Source: Octopus sinensis (taxonomy: Eukaryota). From it: a DNA stretch of 64,000 bases. The notes under the pieces were generated by a model that was not told the origin of the DNA, did not search any database, and saw only the letters and a list, made by a program, of their open reading frames with translations. The DNA is taken from positions 23,684,001 through 23,748,000 of the forward strand of contig NC_043016.1 of NCBI RefSeq assembly GCF_006345805.1. Reading direction: 5' to 3'. Numbering within the stretch: position 1 is the first letter of the stretch; the number at the start of each line of letters is the position of its first letter. The translations under genes and the position numbers were made by a program. This document shows, in pieces, positions 60,655 through 64,000 of the stretch.

Positions 60655-62028
60655 TTTAAATTTCCCACAAGAGGACAACATAGATAAAGGACAATACAAT
60701 CTGATTGGGGTCAGATGGCCAAATGGATATTACATTAAGATGAAATTAAAAATTCACAAAATAAAATATAAATAAATTGAATGATAGGACAGACCGGAAG
60801 ACATTATGGATAGAGTGGGGACGCAGGTTCAATTCAGACCCCACGAGCCCCACCTTGCCACTGATACCTGAGATATGTCCTGCATCGCATTCATGAAGTT
60901 ACATCCACGTGCCATATCCGTGCTACATTCTTTCATCGATTTTCAAGCATTTTCACAGTCTGGTATTTTCTCTCTAGCCCTATCTTCCTTTTAAGGTGCA
61001 AGGTGAAATAATTCACCAACTCAGGGCCAGAGATGAAAATGCTTGACTTTAATCCTTTCAGCCTCATCTTCCAAATCACCTCTCTCGCAATTGCTACTAC
61101 AGTGAGAAAACAATTCTTATCTTCTTTCGAAAGGAAATCAGGTGGGTCAATTTTTACTATAGACTCAGTTGATAGCTGTACTCTTCCAGTACTTGACAAC
61201 AGTTGTTCAGCATAAGCCCACATGTCTGACACCTCCAAACACTGAACAGTAGCATGCAGGACAGTTTCCCTATCCCGCTCACATCTTGGACAGGTCAAAG
61301 GACCGCAGCCTCCATGCCTTGTGAGCTTGTCCCAAACAAGTAAGGCTTCTCGGTAACATTGCGATGCCAGAGACTTCTGAAAGTTGTCCAGGGTCTTCGG
61401 TCCGAAAGTATGTCGGAACAGACTGGCCAGCTGATTATTGTCGAGACCTAGGATTTCCTCTGAGGTATCGTCACATTCCGTCTCTAAAAGCTCTCTATAA
61501 AAGAATGTGATGGAACCTCCACTGCAGGCATTGCCTGAGTGACAGAATAGCAGGAGAACCTTGCGACACTCCATAAACCACGTACCCAACTTCGATCTTC
61601 GATAGAACCAGGTTTCCTGTCCACCGAAACTAGTGAACTTGGGAAACATCCATTTTGTCAGCGGAGACCACACACATTCACCATCCTGGTAGAGCCACAG
61701 ATGCCTCAACCTCAGCGCATGTCTGCGCATCAATAACCAAGGCATCCCTAGCCCATCCTTTAACAGTTATTGGCAGCAAACAAAGCGTCTCACAAGCGGT
61801 TTTGAGCCCTTCCACAAGAAGTGGAAGAGCTGTCTTTCCAGCTTGATCAACCACAAATCAGGGCAAGGAACGATGGCTAGGTGGTATGTGATAACCGATG
61901 CGATGAACACATTGGCTACCTCTGCCCTCCCTTTCAGGGATAGCCACTGCCAAGACCAGGTCTTGACTATGTGGGTCACCCTGCTCGATACCTCGGCCCA
62001 ATAGTTATGGAGCCATTGCAGATTTCTG
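60655..62028 (-). mobile_element. Tx1/L1-like LINE, 5'-truncated
   Basis: ORFs 61767..62051 and 60933..61745 share a frame across one stop: W..R.LSLKGRAEV, DGLGMP, CCHC knuckle CPRCERDRETVLHATVQC. Confidence 0.92.
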
Positions 62029-62029
62029 A

Positions 62030-62511
62030 TAGTTGTTAAAGAGGATAACAAACATTAAGGTAAGGCAAACATCTCAAGTCATATACAATGTTATTATTGG
62101 AAAAAATTCAAAGTCTTACAGCTGTTTCTGGGATATCCCTGAGTATGGGATATTTTGACATTAGAGACAAATAGGGAAAAATAGGGAAAATGAGAATGGT
62201 ATATATTGATATGACAACAGAGAGGGAGGGAGTAAAAGAATTGGGAGATGGAAAGAAAGAAGAAAAAAGAAGAAAAAAGAAGCATAAAAGTTCATAGTTC
62301 AACTTTCCGAAGTTATAGAAACAAGAGCATGAGTCCTTAGGAGCAATCCTGCATAGATCCATGTGTGTTAAAATCTTGATATAGTAGACATCCAGAGAAA
62401 AAAAGATGTGAATATATCAACATTCAATAACAATATTTTCCAATAATAATATTGTATACAACTTGAGATATTTGCCTTAACTTAATGCTTGTTATTCTCT
62501 TTTACAACTAT
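62030..62511. mobile_element. Penelope-like fold-back with about 80-bp terminal inverted arms
   Basis: TAGTTGTTAAAGAGGATAACAAACATTAAG... is inverted at 62435-62511; decayed hammerhead at 62113-62168 on minus. Confidence 0.6.
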
Positions 62512-62855
62512 ACATGCACACACACACACATGATGACGATGAAATATATTTATATATACACATGTGTGCATGTGTGTGTAATTTTGTTAGGAAATACCAA
62601 ATTTTGTTTTATTCAATAAACAAGGTGGGGGAAATCTTCTCTTAAATAATTTTCAGTAACAATTGACAGTTTAAGGTCGAAGATTAGCTCTCACTTGATG
62701 AAATCAATAGTGCTTTCAAAAGTGATTGTTTAAAAATTATTTAAAAGAGAATTAGAGTAAATTCATAGGTTTATCTTTTCAGATGTTGTCTAGACTCCAG
62801 TTTGTGTTGGTTTAGATATACAGCAGTAAATTTCATTCTGGAAAATATATATTAT

Positions 62856-62887
<32 letters not shown>

Positions 62888-63289
62888 GACAAAAAGAGTT
62901 GTCAATGATGTATTATTGATGATGCTTTTGTTGTTTCCATTGTTGTTGTTGATGTTAGTGTTCTTGTTTTCATTGTTGTTTCCAGATTTAAAATAGTCCC
63001 AGTCATGACCACTCCATCTTTTATTGAGTTTAAGTGACTATATTGACCAGTGTGACTTTCAGATAATAGATAATGATTTGAAGGGAATTTGAAGGGAGTT
63101 GATATTTCTTGGAGGTATCAGTACATAATATCTTATTGGTGATAGATTTAAAGAAAAAAAAATGGCCTTTGGTATATTTGGAATAAATCTAGTTTTAAGA
63201 AATAAAGAATTGCGTTATTGTTTCTTATATCTGATCTATTGTACATGTATGAGAGCCATTGTTGACTCAGAAGAAATTCAGGTATAATG

Positions 63290-63465
63290 CTTACAGAGTG
63301 CATTGAAGTTTGTGTGGGTGGTTGACATTAAGAAGAGCATCCAGGTGTAAAAACCATGCCTAAATAGACACAGAAGTATAGAGTAAGTGCCTGTCTGGTC
63401 AGCTCCTGCCAAACTGTCCAACCCATGCCAGCATGGAAAGCAGATGTTAAACGATGATGATGAGG
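63290..63465 (+). mobile_element. RTE 3'UTR tail
   Basis: CCAACCCATGCCAGCATGGAAAGCAGATGTTAAACGATGATGATGA. Confidence 0.8.
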
Positions 63466-63845
63466 CATGGCTGTTTGGTAAGAAGCTTGCTTCCCAACCA
63501 CATGGTTCCAGGTTCAGTCCCACCACATGGCACCTTGGGTTAGTGTTGTCTACAATAGACTTCAACTGACCGAAGCCTTGTGAGTGGATTTGGTAGATGG
63601 AAATTGGAAGAAGAATATATACATGTATATATTTGTGTGTGTGTCTGTGTATGTACCCCTGTTATCACTCGACAACCGACGATGGTGTGTTTCTGTCCCC
63701 CATAACTTAGCAGTTCGGCAAAAAAGTCTGATAGAATAAGTACTAGGCTTACAAAGAATAAGTCCTGGGATCAATTTCTTCAACTAACATCCTTTAAGGT
63801 GATGCTCCAGCATGGCTGCAGTCAAAGTAAAAGAATAAAAGAATA
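63465..63845 (+). mobile_element. SINE family A
   Basis: Head, internal (TA)/(TG), tail CCAGCATGGCTGCAGTC. Confidence 0.85.
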
Positions 63846-63851
63846 TATATA

Positions 63852-64000
63852 CAGAGAGGGGGAGGGAGGAGAGAGAAAGAGAGAGGGGTGAGAGAGGAAA
63901 GAGGAGTGAGAGAGGAGAGAGGGGAGAGGGGTAAGAGAGAAGAGAGGGTGAGAGAGGAGAGTGGGGAGAGAGGGGGAGAGAGGAGAGAGGAGAGAAGGGT
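63852..64000. repeat. purine-rich (GA)n/(GGAGA)n tract
   Basis: Direct reading. Confidence 0.92.

Overview
AT-rich eukaryotic DNA, dense in microsatellites and transposon remnants. The tRNA-headed SINE families and the (TACA)n/(TA)n/(TG)n load suggest an octopus genome (inference from recall, not a database hit). I found no intact host gene, tRNA, rRNA or CRISPR array. Nearly all long ORFs in the track are microsatellite translations or transposon fragments. The window looks like a large intron or intergenic region containing SINEs with CR1-, Tx1- and RTE-like tails, LINE remnants (R4/Dong, Tx1/L1, CR1, RTE, RTEX), DNA transposon remnants (mariner, Tc1, maT DD37D, hAT, pogo/Tigger-like, piggyBac-like) and two rolling-circle-type elements. 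Main highlights: (1) four well-formed and several decayed type I hammerhead ribozyme motifs with unrelated stems, mostly inside Penelope-like fold-back remnants; (2) a duplication-inversion-duplication at 30.9-32.7 kb templated from 36.1-37.0 kb; (3) a 1.74-kb tandem duplication whose copies differ almost only by small indels, probably an assembly artefact; (4) SINE/LINE 3'-tail sharing visible within the window; (5) R4/Dong copies sitting in (TAA)n tracts. All alignments and folds were done by eye, so repeat boundaries are approximate (tens of bp).
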